Shown piece after piece: positions 15,635 through 25,422 of a stretch of 56,207 nt of DNA. The translations under genes and the position numbers were made by a program. How positions within the stretch are numbered: position 1 is the first letter of the stretch; every line of letters begins with the position of its first letter. The DNA lies in assembly GCA_046153645.1 (NCBI GenBank), contig JBJXGI010000046.1:1-56207 (forward strand), written 5' to 3'. This DNA is from Elusimicrobiota bacterium (GTDB lineage: Bacteria > Elusimicrobiota > Elusimicrobia > F11). The notes beneath the pieces are model-generated. The model worked only from the letters and a program-made list of their open reading frames with translations, was not told the origin of the DNA and ran no database searches.

Positions 15635-15660
15635 CCTTCAATGATTTAAATCATTGAAGG
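15635..15660. repeat. Perfect 26-bp palindrome beside a REP-like half site
   Basis: ccttcaatgattt|aaatcattgaagg followed by aaacagggatgacg. Confidence 0.8.
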
Positions 15661-15691
15661 AAACAGGGATGACGAAAAATATGTGAAAGGT

Positions 15692-15967
15692 CTACCCTCC
15701 TTTGTTCATGGATGGCAGACGAGTTTGTTTATTTACATCTTTACTTGAAGCAAATTTACCTTTGACTTGTTGTAGCCAAGATTTTTTAGGTGTAGCGTTA
15801 TTTTTTTCTGGAGTATCAGTCTCCGCCGCAGCAGCAACACTCGCTGCATTCAGTGCGGCTTTCTCTCTTTCTTTACTATCGGCTATCTGATCTTTATCTA
15901 AATGACATTTTTTATATTTTTTTCCAGACCCACAATGACATTCGTCATTTCTTCCTAGCGTTGACAT
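15692..15967 (-). CDS. SEC-C (zinc-binding) motif small protein
   Basis: GRNDECHCGSGKKYKKCH; start set at ATG 15967 after an AGGAG RBS. Confidence 0.85.
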   Translation of the reverse strand: MSTLGRNDECHCGSGKKYKKCHLDKDQIADSKEREKAALNAASVAAAAETDTPEKNNATPKKSWLQQVKGKFASSKDVNKQTRLPSMNKGG

Positions 15968-16084
15968 AAATTCTCCTAGTTTCAAACTTCTATTAACTAT
16001 CCACTAATTTCTTTCCTCATCTTTGTATTAAGAATTTAGAACGTAGTAAATAGTTAATAGAGGGAAATTTTTCCTTGAAAAATT

Positions 16085-16158
16085 TCGGGGTGACAGGACT
16101 TGAACCTGCGGCCTCCTGCTCCCAAAGCAGGCGCTCTAGCCAACTGAGCTACACCCCG
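16085..16158 (-). tRNA. tRNA-Pro(TGG)
   Basis: CGGGGTG acceptor stem, TAGCTCAGTTGGCTAGAGC D arm, CCTGC-TTTGGGA-GCAGG anticodon arm, GGTTCAAGTCC T arm; CCA not encoded. Confidence 0.97.
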
Positions 16159-16178
16159 ACTACAACTAACCTTCAAGT

Positions 16179-16210
16179 CAAAATATCATTTTTAATGAAA
16201 ATGGAGAATG
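16179..16210. repeat. 32-bp direct repeat, copy 1 (left of the MNT-HEPN cassette)
   Basis: caaaatatcatttttaatgaaaatggagaatg; 31/32 identical to 16910-16941. Confidence 0.92.
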
Positions 16211-16215
16211 ATGAA

Positions 16216-16590
16216 TTATGAGGAAAAGTATCGAGAAACTTCGGTAAAAAAGACATGCGCGCTTTCAAGCAACACTCTAGCTTCCTTCTCGGAAATAACA
16301 AAGTCATATTCATAGTCACTCAATTGACGTTTTTCAAATGCCCTATTAAGCTCTCTTCCCAAATCTTTATGAAAAACTCCTGTCTTAATGAAATGCTCTC
16401 CAAAAGCAGAAATAACAGCTTTATGAGATGAAAAAGATAACTCTTTAGATAATAAAACTGCCTGAGCACCATAAAACATAGAATAATAGCTTCTAGAAGT
16501 GGCCGATTCAAAATCACCTGAATTAATTAACAACTCAGAACTTTCGAGATATTTTTTAGCTCTTTTAAGCAATAATTGAGATTCTTTCAA
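16216..16590 (-). CDS. HEPN domain protein (toxin partner of MNT)
   Basis: SRSYYSMFY..QA.L, SSHKAVISAFG, FEKRQLSDY; overlaps the MNT gene. Confidence 0.9.
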   Translation of the reverse strand: MKESQLLLKRAKKYLESSELLINSGDFESATSRSYYSMFYGAQAVLLSKELSFSSHKAVISAFGEHFIKTGVFHKDLGRELNRAFEKRQLSDYEYDFVISEKEARVLLESAHVFFTEVSRYFSS

Positions 16591-16901
16591 GCGGCTAAAC
16601 CTTCTCGGCGAATATTTCTTAATAAGGGACTTTGTAGGTCAGTGTAATTCTTCTCTGAAACAGGATAAACAGAAAGCAAAACCCCATGTTGAAGGTTTAA
16701 ATCAGTAATTATTTCAATCATGCGATCTATTTCTTCACCCGGTTTTATATGCCCTTTAATAACAACAACAATATCAATATCAGAATCTTCTGTAGCCTGT
16801 CCCCTAGCCCAAGAACCATATAAAATAATATTGGCCAATTGACTGCCATAGAGAAGTTCAATTTTCCCTCGAAACTCTTTTAAAATATTATCGATTTTCA
16901 T
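16587..16901 (-). CDS. Minimal nucleotidyltransferase (MNT) antitoxin
   Basis: LYGSWARG..TEDSDIDI polymerase-beta motif; C-terminal NIRREG. Confidence 0.92.
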   Translation of the reverse strand: MKIDNILKEFRGKIELLYGSQLANIILYGSWARGQATEDSDIDIVVVIKGHIKPGEEIDRMIEIITDLNLQHGVLLSVYPVSEKNYTDLQSPLLRNIRREGLAA

Positions 16902-16909
16902 TTGAATTC

Positions 16910-16941
16910 CAAAATATCATTTTTGATGAAAATGGAGAATG
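16910..16941. repeat. 32-bp direct repeat, copy 2 (right of the MNT-HEPN cassette)
   Basis: caaaatatcatttttgatgaaaatggagaatg; carries TG-a-TATTTT (extended -10-like) on the minus strand. Confidence 0.92.
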
Positions 16942-16942
16942 T

Positions 16943-19150
16943 TTAAAACGCATTACACTCAACCACCGCCCCTTCTTCAATCTGTTTTTCGGTAATGAGG
17001 AGAGACTTCACTTGAGTTGGTGAACGCATGATTTGGTAGGCAAACAATGGTTTTGTAGCAGATACAGGAATCTCATGCGTGGCATATGGAACCGTCATTG
17101 AAATCTGCCCTTTTTCATTTGCGATAGAAAAATGTGTGTAATTAAATTGTCGATCCGTGTTTGACTTAAGAATCAGTTGCAACATGACTCTCTCACCTGG
17201 TTTATAATTTTTCCCCACAATTTTGGCTCCGGTTACTTTTTCAAAAATTTTAAGTCCATTAAACCGATGTTCAAAGGTACCTTTTTGAGAGCGCATGGGA
17301 ATCGTAACCAATTTGGGGACTTCATATACAAGTCTAAAATGTTCTACGGGTGGCGTTTTTTTCCACCTCAACTCACCATCGAAATATAAAAGATTATTTC
17401 GCAATAAAAAAGGCGACGCCTTTGCTTGTGCATATTTCGAGAAATCAGCTTCTCCTTTAAGAACCCCTTTCAAAAACTCAATCATTGTGTTATCTCGGTT
17501 ATCTAAAACCAAATAACGAGACTGATACTGACTCATTATTTCTAACGCTTCAGTTTCTTGCATGGTGAGAGTCAAGCGAGCATAATCTTGCATGTGTTTA
17601 AGAAAGTCGGGCGTGGAAAAAGGACTGATCACAGTCGGGCGCTGGGCAATTCTAGCAATCATGTGACCATGATCCCGATGAGCGAAAACAGAATATTCTG
17701 GGGGCCCATCCCCCCGCTTTTGATAAGAAGTACTAGGAGTATGATCTCGCAACCAACCAAACGCGTTCATGGTTTGAGCAATATCATTTCTTTGACTTAT
17801 TTCAGGGCCTCTTTTGTCAAAATGCTGCGTCCATCCCAAATGAGTTAACTGAATAAAAAAAGGAGCAAAGATAACCAAACGAAAACTTTTCCACGACTTA
17901 CAATAATCCCACAACAACCAAAAACCAATAGAGGCCTGTAAAGCCATCCATGGAAATAAATATTGAACATAAAGAAAGTGGCTAAACCCAGTCAATATTC
18001 CATAGAAGAAAAAGATGCCGCAAATGGCAAAGAAAAAAAATGGTTTTTGGTTTCTTCTAAAAAAAGAAATGGTCCCAAAAGGCACCATCAAAACAAAAAG
18101 GGTAAAAATGCTTATCCAAAGAGGGTAATACGTTTTAATAGAAACTTCTTCTCCTTGAATGGAATTGAGAACATTTCCTACCAATAAAAACTGCGCGCCT
18201 TCTTTTATTCCTCCAATAATTTTAAAGCTAACCCCCAATAAAACCAACATCAAAACGCCATAAAAGAGTGTCTTTATAGTGGGCGAAAATTTATTTCTAT
18301 TTAAAAAGACATAACCTATTAAATGAATCAAAAAAAGAAAAAGAATCAGCAGTGCTTGAAAAAGTGACGTTTGATCGTACCGAATGGCCAAAGTTCCTCC
18401 GACAGGAGTACTTAAACCCGCCAGACAAGAAAAAATGATTGCCGTAATAAATGAAAAACAAGAAAGCTTAAACAATTCCTTTTCAAAAAAAAGGGTTGAA
18501 AGAGAAAACGTAAAAAGGATAAACAAGCCAAACTGAATGGAAGAGACATTAAAAAAACTCATAAGACCAACGAGAGAACCAAAAAGAGTGGCTGTCAAAA
18601 TACCAGGTTTTTCATGAAACCAAGCCATCAAAACCACGCCACTCATAATTAATAAATTAATGAAATAGTGATGATCTATATAGCCCAACTCTGAATAGCC
18701 TACATTCTGATATGACAATGCATATAAAAGGCTCGCAATAAACGCAGTTCTAAGACTCATATAACGCAAAATAAAAAAGAAGAATAAAAGGACTGAAAAA
18801 GAATCAAACACGCAAGGCATAAAACCAACAAATGTCTGAACGGTTAATGGAGAAGCGCCCATCACTTTCAAAGGCAAAGCTAAAGTGGCCAAAAAAAGAG
18901 TGTATCCAGGGGGCCAAGGAACATCTGGCGTCTGAGGAAAATAGTGGTAAGTATCTTTAAATGGAACCTTCGGATATTGATCAAGGGTTATTTCAACCCG
19001 TCTCATGTGATAAGTACTATCAAATATTTCGAAATTTCTAAAACCAGGTTCTATCTTTTGAAAAAAATAGCTTGAAGATGAAAATACTCGCGCTGACAAA
19101 GCCAGCAAAAACAATATAAGCGCCGCTCGAATGCTATTTCGATTAATCAA
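16943..19150 (-). CDS. STT3/AglB/PglB-like oligosaccharyltransferase (GT-C fold)
   Basis: DSTYHMRR, S.LG..DHH, many TM segments, WLRDHTP..., HRDHGHMI in the WWDYG position, FRLVYE, KIFEKV.GA, G.....VPY as in archaeal-type AglB. Confidence 0.8.
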   Translation of the reverse strand: MINRNSIRAALILFLLALSARVFSSSSYFFQKIEPGFRNFEIFDSTYHMRRVEITLDQYPKVPFKDTYHYFPQTPDVPWPPGYTLFLATLALPLKVMGASPLTVQTFVGFMPCVFDSFSVLLFFFFILRYMSLRTAFIASLLYALSYQNVGYSELGYIDHHYFINLLIMSGVVLMAWFHEKPGILTATLFGSLVGLMSFFNVSSIQFGLFILFTFSLSTLFFEKELFKLSCFSFITAIIFSCLAGLSTPVGGTLAIRYDQTSLFQALLILFLFLIHLIGYVFLNRNKFSPTIKTLFYGVLMLVLLGVSFKIIGGIKEGAQFLLVGNVLNSIQGEEVSIKTYYPLWISIFTLFVLMVPFGTISFFRRNQKPFFFFAICGIFFFYGILTGFSHFLYVQYLFPWMALQASIGFWLLWDYCKSWKSFRLVIFAPFFIQLTHLGWTQHFDKRGPEISQRNDIAQTMNAFGWLRDHTPSTSYQKRGDGPPEYSVFAHRDHGHMIARIAQRPTVISPFSTPDFLKHMQDYARLTLTMQETEALEIMSQYQSRYLVLDNRDNTMIEFLKGVLKGEADFSKYAQAKASPFLLRNNLLYFDGELRWKKTPPVEHFRLVYEVPKLVTIPMRSQKGTFEHRFNGLKIFEKVTGAKIVGKNYKPGERVMLQLILKSNTDRQFNYTHFSIANEKGQISMTVPYATHEIPVSATKPLFAYQIMRSPTQVKSLLITEKQIEEGAVVECNAF

Positions 19151-19347
19151 TATTTTTCTTCTTCATCCGAATCCAAATTATCAAGGGTATCATCTTCAAT
19201 ATCTTCATCAGTAAAATCGATTGGAACGCCTTTAAACTTTCTTAGCTCTTTTTCTGATGGCTCATCTTCAAAGTCTAAAACTTTTTTCCTTTTTGTCTTT
19301 TTAGGCATTTCAGAATCTTTTTGTAACTTTTTATGATTTTTTGGCAT
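19147..19347 (-). CDS. Small basic/acidic hypothetical protein
   Basis: GAGGTG RBS; 4-nt overlap with the downstream gene; Lys-rich N-terminus and Asp/Glu-rich C-terminus. Confidence 0.6.
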   Translation of the reverse strand: MPKNHKKLQKDSEMPKKTKRKKVLDFEDEPSEKELRKFKGVPIDFTDEDIEDDTLDNLDSDEEEKY

Positions 19348-19465
19348 TAGATCACCTCAAAATTTTAAAAATATTAGTACTGTTTTAGCATCCTTAGGGT
19401 TTTATTTTCAAGAGGATAATAAAAAATTTATACAATCATTGTCATTCCCCATTTAGGAGTTATTC

Positions 19466-21163
19466 ATGAGTTCCCCAAACGATACACGCAAACACAGCAA
19501 AACCGTTACCGAAGGGTATGAAAGAGCCCCTCATCGTGCCTTTTTCCGAGCGATGGGCTTAGATGATAAAACCATTCATCAACCTTTCGTAGGTGTTGCC
19601 AGTAGTTGGAATGAAGCCACCCCATGCAATATGACTTTAAACCGCCAAGCGCAACTCGCTAAAAAGGGCGTTAATGAACATGGTGGAACCGCACGAGAAT
19701 TTGTCACCATCGCTGTTTCAGATGGAATTGCCATGGGCCACGAAGGAATGAAAGCCTCTCTCATCAGTCGCGAAATTATTGCGGATTCCGTTGAGCTTAT
19801 GGTTCGTGCACATTGTTATGATGCACTCGTCACCTTGGCGGGCTGCGACAAAAGTCTCCCTGGAATGATGATGGCCATGCTTCGGCTAAACATCCCTTCT
19901 ATCTTTTTATACGGTGGAACCATTCGTCCTGGAAATTTCCGAGGAAAAGATGTCACTGTTCAAGATGTTTATGAAGCCGTGGGCTCTTATGCCGCAGGCA
20001 AAATGAATGACGCCGATTTATATGAAATGGAATGTTCAGCCTGTCCCGGTCTTGGTTCCTGCGGTGGACAATTTACCGCAAACACCATGGCCTGTGTGGC
20101 CGAAGCCATTGGCCTTGCCCTTCCCGGCTCCAGCTCTCCCCCCGCAGAAGAAATCGCTCGTGACCAATACGCGGAAAAATGTGGAATTCAAGTGATGAAT
20201 CTGCTCAAAATGAATATTCGCCCACGAGATATTGTGACTCGAAAAGCATTGGAGAACGCGGTTGCTATTGTGGCGGCCACCGGTGGGTCTACCAATGCAG
20301 CGCTTCATTTACCAGCCCTCGCCAATGAAGCGGGTATTAAATTCACTATCGATGATGTTCAAAAAATTTCAAATCGTACACCTCTTATTGCCGATTTAAA
20401 ACCTGGTGGAAAATATGTGATGCAAGATGTTGATAACATTGGTGGCGTTCCTGTTATTATTAAAACATTGCTTGACGGTGGATATTTACATGGCGACTGT
20501 TTAACTGTGACAGGTAAAACACTCAAGGAAAATGTGGCTTATGCTTCACTTCCCTTGAACCAAGATGTGGTGGTTTCAACTTCCAAACCGTTAGATAAAA
20601 CAGGTGGCCTGGTTATTCTCAAAGGCAATTTAGCCCCAGAAGGAGCCGTCATTAAAGTAGCGGGCGTTAAAAAACGAATTCATAGGGGACCCGCAAAAGT
20701 GTTTGATGGAGAATATGCCGCTATGGACGCCGTAAAAGCCAACAAGATCAAAAAAGGCGATTGCGTTATTATTCGTTACGAAGGGCCGAAAGGGGGCCCT
20801 GGCATGAGAGAAATGCTCGGTGTGACAGCCGCCATTGTTGGACAAGGCTTAGGATATGAATGCGCACTTTTAACCGATGGGCGCTTTAGCGGAGCAACCC
20901 GCGGCCTTATGATTGGCCACGTGGGCCCTGAAGCTCAAGCGGGAGGCCCGATTGCCATTATCAAAAATGGCGACATCATTGAAATCGATGCTGAAAAAGG
21001 AAAACTAAACGTTAAAATTTCTGCGGCCGAAATTAAAAAACGTCTCAAAAAATGGAAACCCAAAAAATCAATGTACAATGCTGGCGCTTTGCATAAATAT
21101 GCTCAATTGGTGGGACCTGCTTTTTATGGCGCCGTAACACATAAGGGACCGGCAAAATACTAA
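19466..21163 (+). CDS. ilvD: Dihydroxy-acid dehydratase
   Basis: [61 protein letters not shown]. Confidence 0.97.
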   Translation: MSSPNDTRKHSKTVTEGYERAPHRAFFRAMGLDDKTIHQPFVGVASSWNEATPCNMTLNRQAQLAKKGVNEHGGTAREFVTIAVSDGIAMGHEGMKASLISREIIADSVELMVRAHCYDALVTLAGCDKSLPGMMMAMLRLNIPSIFLYGGTIRPGNFRGKDVTVQDVYEAVGSYAAGKMNDADLYEMECSACPGLGSCGGQFTANTMACVAEAIGLALPGSSSPPAEEIARDQYAEKCGIQVMNLLKMNIRPRDIVTRKALENAVAIVAATGGSTNAALHLPALANEAGIKFTIDDVQKISNRTPLIADLKPGGKYVMQDVDNIGGVPVIIKTLLDGGYLHGDCLTVTGKTLKENVAYASLPLNQDVVVSTSKPLDKTGGLVILKGNLAPEGAVIKVAGVKKRIHRGPAKVFDGEYAAMDAVKANKIKKGDCVIIRYEGPKGGPGMREMLGVTAAIVGQGLGYECALLTDGRFSGATRGLMIGHVGPEAQAGGPIAIIKNGDIIEIDAEKGKLNVKISAAEIKKRLKKWKPKKSMYNAGALHKYAQLVGPAFYGAVTHKGPAKY

Positions 21164-21166
21164 TTA

Positions 21167-21481
21167 TTACTTTTCAAACATGGATGCATCTAATAAACGT
21201 GAACCGTGGATAATTCGTAAAACAAAAACTGTATCACCAGTAATTCTTATGATAGTGCGGTAGTGTTCATAAATAAGATGCCGATAATTAGTCCCCAATA
21301 ATTCGTTCTCTGTTATTAAAGGACATCGCATTGGAAAATAACTTAATTTGATAACCTGATTTTCCAATTGAGCTATAAATTTAGAGGCATTTTCCCTACT
21401 GTCATTAGCGATGTATGTCCAAATTTCTTCAACATCCTGCTTTGCTGAAGATGTAATTTGAATACTAAACTTTATGGGCAT
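21167..21481 (-). CDS. RelE/ParE-family toxin
   Basis: A..DVEEIW.YIA.DS...A, L..FP.RCP, V.VLRIIHGSR. Confidence 0.9.
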   Translation of the reverse strand: MPIKFSIQITSSAKQDVEEIWTYIANDSRENASKFIAQLENQVIKLSYFPMRCPLITENELLGTNYRHLIYEHYRTIIRITGDTVFVLRIIHGSRLLDASMFEK

Positions 21482-21743
21482 TTTTAAAAGATTTTAAAAA
21501 TTTCTTCATAGGAGTGGTTCTTTTTGATTGAATATCTTGCTCAGCCTGAACAAGCATCTTTGAAAGATTACTTGCTTTTAAATATTTTTCGTACGTTTTT
21601 GCATCAATAAGAATAGCATCTGCCCTCCCATTCACCGTCAGCACAACCGGCCTTCCTGTTTCGTGAATTTGAGCAAGAATATCTTTCGTGTGTCTTTTCA
21701 AATCAGTCACAGATCGAATATCATCATTAAAATTAAAAACCAT
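21465..21743 (-). CDS. Phd/YefM-family antitoxin
   Basis: DIRSVTDLKR, RPVVLTVNGRA.AIL.D...YE; GGAGG RBS. Confidence 0.9.
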   Translation of the reverse strand: MVFNFNDDIRSVTDLKRHTKDILAQIHETGRPVVLTVNGRADAILIDAKTYEKYLKASNLSKMLVQAEQDIQSKRTTPMKKFLKSFKNAHKV

Positions 21744-21776
21744 ACGATTCCTCCAGAAACGCTTTATTTAATATCT

Positions 21777-21805
21777 AATATAGCATCAGATATAATGCTT
21801 TACAA
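21777..21805 (-). promoter_or_regulatory. sigma70 promoter with GATGCTA operator-like site for phd-parE
   Basis: TTGTAA (21800-21805), 17 nt, TGc-TATATT (21777-21782). Confidence 0.7.
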
Positions 21806-21831
21806 TACCTCTCTTAAGGAGAAAAAACCTA

Positions 21832-23369
21832 TCATTGCAAAGTTTTATAGCTAAGGTAAAAAGACCGGCCTCGTCGGACAACGTCTAAAACAAATCCTTT
21901 CTTTTCATCGAGCGTTTTCTCTAATTTTTTTAGATCTTGAACATTACCCACTTCTTTTCTATTAACGGCACGAACCACGTCGCCTTCCAGGAGTCCGGCT
22001 TCCACCGCTAAACATTGCGCTGGTAAATCAATCAAAAGAACGCCTTCTATAGCATCATCAATTTTATAGTTTTGCCTGAGCATATTATTGAGATTGGAAA
22101 ATTGAGCGCCCAACCATTCCACCTGGGACAATGATTCAGAAGGAGAAGAATCGTCATCATTATTTTTCAGTTCGCTCATATTCTCTTGTTTTGGCATAAC
22201 AGCCGTTGTTAGTTTCAAAAATTTAGACGACCCATCACGCAACACTTTAATAGATACCGTTCTGCCTGGATTTGCCGCAGAAACAAGATCCTGCAATGTT
22301 TGGACTTTGTCAATTTTTTTGCCGTCAAATTCAAGAACAATATCCCCTCGTTTGAGGCCCGCTTTAGAAGCAGGTGAATTTGGAACAACTTGATTAACCA
22401 GTGCCCCCTTCGTATCACTCAACCCAAACTGACTGGCTATGACTTCATCAACTGGTGCAATTTCAACGCCCATCCAACTTCTTTCCACAAATCCTTTTTC
22501 AATGAGGTCTTTAATCACCACTTTGGCATCATTAACAGGAATGGCAAAACCAATTCCAGAAAAAACGCCCGTCGGAGCGTAAATAGCCGTGTTTATTCCA
22601 ATTAATTGACCAGAGATATTGACCATCGGCCCACCAGAATTTCCGCGGTTAATCGCAGCATCTGTTTGCAAAAGATTTTTAAACGTTTTCCCCTCTATGG
22701 AAAGAGATTGGCGAATGGCTGAAATAACTCCAACGGTTAAGGTTTGTTCAAGGCCGAAAGGTGACCCAACCGCAATGGCCCAATCACCAATTCGAACTTT
22801 AGAAGAATCACCCAAGGGAACAAAAGGAAAATTTGTGGCGGACTTAATTTTTATAACGGCTAAATCTGTTCGAGGATCTAACCCAATGACTTTTCCTTTA
22901 AAAGATTTACCATCGATTAAGGTAACGGTGAGTTGATCGGCCCCTTGAACCACATGGTTATTGGTGAGAATATACCCTTCTTTATCAATAATAACCCGGA
23001 ACCCGTTCCTTCTTGCCTTTGCTCTCGTTCACGCGGACGTTGTTGTGGTAGACCGTCACCATGAAAAAATCGGTAAAAAAATTCGTTTGGATCTCCATAA
23101 TAAAATTCAGGGTCTTGTGAAACTTTTGTAATTTGAACTGCAGAGATATTAACGACAGCAGGTTTGACTGCTTCAGCTACTTTCGCAAAAGAATCTTGCA
23201 GAGAAACCACTTGAGGATCGGGTGTTACCAGTGTTTTTGATTCTGATTTAAGAACCTCTGGCTCTTTGCTGGGGAGAATTTTTTCCCACCATCCTTTTTG
23301 ATTTCCAAAAACCGCTGTTGAAGTGATAAGCACAAATATAAATAATTTAATTAACCGAGAATGAAACAT
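21832..23369 (-). pseudogene. htrA: HtrA/DegP (Do) serine protease with two PDZ domains, split by a 1-nt frameshift
   Basis: Signal peptide and PAVVNI in the upstream ORF; adding one G at ccc 22995-22997 restores GTGSGVIIDKEGYILTNNHV; RTDLA and GNSGG in the downstream ORF; start ATG 23369 with GGAGGG RBS. Confidence 0.88.
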
Positions 23370-23382
23370 TTTTCCCTCCGTT

Positions 23383-24597
23383 TTATTTATTATTTTCTTG
23401 GATCTCCGTAAAAAGAGCAATAGAACTGGTGTATCCATGCAAATAGGTACGCCCACTGACAGGGCCTATTTCCCCATTACAAAAAAATCCTCCAATAGGA
23501 ATATCACCAACGACTGATTTAATGATTGAAGAATCATAATTTTCTTTTCCATACAGTCTTTTTCCTCTACCTAAACATGAAAACAAAACAGCTCCCGCAT
23601 TCGCTGGGTTTCCAGTTAAAAAACCTTTTTCTTTAAATGTTTTTGAGCGTCTGAGCATCACGTGAAGATCATCTCTCGATGTATTAGCATCTCTTAGGTG
23701 AAATTGAACTGTCTGCCCTTTTCGTAGAAATGAACCGATGGCCATCATGCCATTATTTTGATCAAGACCGATGATGTTACGGATTAAGAAATCACCTTGT
23801 TTGGGATCTTTTTTAAAAGGATCCATTAAAATTCCTAAAAAAAGAGAGGATTGCAGCAATTCTTGATCGCGAGGAGACAGTTTGTCATACAATCCTTGCA
23901 AATAAGTTAAAGGTGTCGTATTTCCAACTTCCATGAGAACATTTCCATCAGAAGAAGTAATAGTTAACGGATCCCCAATGGGGCGACATCCTTGAGCAAC
24001 AACCGCCTCTACTTTAATATTTCCCGATAAAACAACTCCCACAGCTCCTTTCGAGAAAACTTTCCCATCACAAATCAATAAGTTTTCATTTATCTGAGTA
24101 CCCCCAGATGCCAATCCGCCTACTTTCGGTGAATGAGGGAATGCAAAATCAAGCCCGGCAATGAAGGAATCAACATCCAAAGAAAAAGGATCAGAAAAAA
24201 CCATAAAAGAATTTTCTTGATCACCATCAATACCCACAAGGTCTCTCCATTTTTTTGGTGGTGCATCACCATCAGGAAGGTTTTCTTGCTGAAATTGAAA
24301 TGTTTTTATATTGACCTTAGGAAGAGAGGCCACCGTTAAAGAAACGGCCGCCTGATCTTCACATTCATTGCCGTTACCAATGACACCACCACCTGTGCAT
24401 CCGATAAAATGTTTTGCTCCTAAACTTTTTGAAATGTCGGACCATAAATCAATAAGCTCCGAACGGAACGCAGCGGAAACGAATATAAACGCTAAATCCG
24501 CTTTCTCTTTACCAAGGCCTGCTTTGGCTTCTAGAGCGGCTTCTTTTAGCGACCTTTCAAGTGAGGAAGAACTTTTTATGGTAGAAAACCATTTCAT
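23383..24597 (-). CDS. FIST-domain (FIST_N + FIST_C) signal transduction protein
   Basis: IGCTGGGVIG, DPFS, GGLASGG, VAQGCRPIG, FSCLGRG, GFFCNGEIGP, LHGYTS. Confidence 0.92.
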   Translation of the reverse strand: MKWFSTIKSSSSLERSLKEAALEAKAGLGKEKADLAFIFVSAAFRSELIDLWSDISKSLGAKHFIGCTGGGVIGNGNECEDQAAVSLTVASLPKVNIKTFQFQQENLPDGDAPPKKWRDLVGIDGDQENSFMVFSDPFSLDVDSFIAGLDFAFPHSPKVGGLASGGTQINENLLICDGKVFSKGAVGVVLSGNIKVEAVVAQGCRPIGDPLTITSSDGNVLMEVGNTTPLTYLQGLYDKLSPRDQELLQSSLFLGILMDPFKKDPKQGDFLIRNIIGLDQNNGMMAIGSFLRKGQTVQFHLRDANTSRDDLHVMLRRSKTFKEKGFLTGNPANAGAVLFSCLGRGKRLYGKENYDSSIIKSVVGDIPIGGFFCNGEIGPVSGRTYLHGYTSSIALFTEIQENNK

Positions 24598-25022
24598 AAA
24601 TTTGCGTGCTCTTTATAAATACATTTATTCATAACCACTTTAAGTCCCGCTTCGATCGCTTTTTCAGCGGCGGCATTATTAATCACGCCTTCTTGCATCC
24701 AAATGAATTTAACTTTTCTTGAAATGGCTTCATCAACAACACTTGGCACATTTTCTGATCGAATAAATAAATCAACCATATCAACCGACTCTGGTACCTC
24801 AGATAACGATTTATAAACCTTAATTCCTAATATCTCAGAATGTCCCGGATTAACACCAACAACATGAAACCCGTGATCCACCAAATATTTCGAAATCCAA
24901 TGACTGGGGCGTTCTTCTTTTGGAGAGATACCAACCACCGCAATAGATTTTGTTTGAGATAAAATTTCTTTTATTTCTTGAGAAGTTGCCTGAAACTTTG
25001 GGAATTCGCATCCACCATCCAT
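24594..25022 (-). CDS. CoA-binding protein (YccU-like)
   Basis: IAVVGISPK.ERPS, VNP, VDMVDLF, WMQEG, VVMNKC. Confidence 0.92.
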   Translation of the reverse strand: MDGGCEFPKFQATSQEIKEILSQTKSIAVVGISPKEERPSHWISKYLVDHGFHVVGVNPGHSEILGIKVYKSLSEVPESVDMVDLFIRSENVPSVVDEAISRKVKFIWMQEGVINNAAAEKAIEAGLKVVMNKCIYKEHANL

Positions 25023-25421
25023 TTAATTATTCTCCTTTGATTCTTTTAAAACCGGCAAGTTTTCTTTTTTCCACATTTCAATTCCACCCTTCATGTTAAA
25101 TACTTGGGAATATCCTAACTTTTCTATTTTCCGCTGTGCCCAACCGGACCGCACACCCACGGTACAATACACCACGATGATTGAGTTTTTATTTTTAGGC
25201 AACACATCTTTCTTTTCATTAACCTGTTGATAAGGAATAAATAAAGAGCCCTCAATTCGTTCTCTTTTATATTCTTCTTCTGTTCTCACATCAATAAAAA
25301 CAGCTTTATTGGCTTTTTTTAACACGGCCGCTTCATCAACAGACATTAAATTCCTACTCGCGTATAAAAAATATACGCCTAAAACAGTAGTTAAAATAAA
25401 CAAAAAATAATATTTACGCAT
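25023..25421 (-). CDS. Rhodanese-like domain protein with N-terminal membrane anchor
   Basis: IDVRT.EEY...RIEGS, VYCTVGVRS, MKGGIEMW; start set at ATG 25421 because the longer 5' extension is REP-derived. Confidence 0.88.
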   Translation of the reverse strand: MRKYYFLFILTTVLGVYFLYASRNLMSVDEAAVLKKANKAVFIDVRTEEEYKRERIEGSLFIPYQQVNEKKDVLPKNKNSIIVVYCTVGVRSGWAQRKIEKLGYSQVFNMKGGIEMWKKENLPVLKESKENN

Positions 25422-25422
25422 A

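Noticed and set aside
16085..16158. tRNA-Pro as an integration site for a prophage or island
   Set aside because: I saw no duplicate of the tRNA 3' end and no integrase; the direct repeat is upstream of the tRNA
19441..19450. gtcattcccc REP-like half site before ilvD
   Set aside because: No complementary arm; too short to separate from chance
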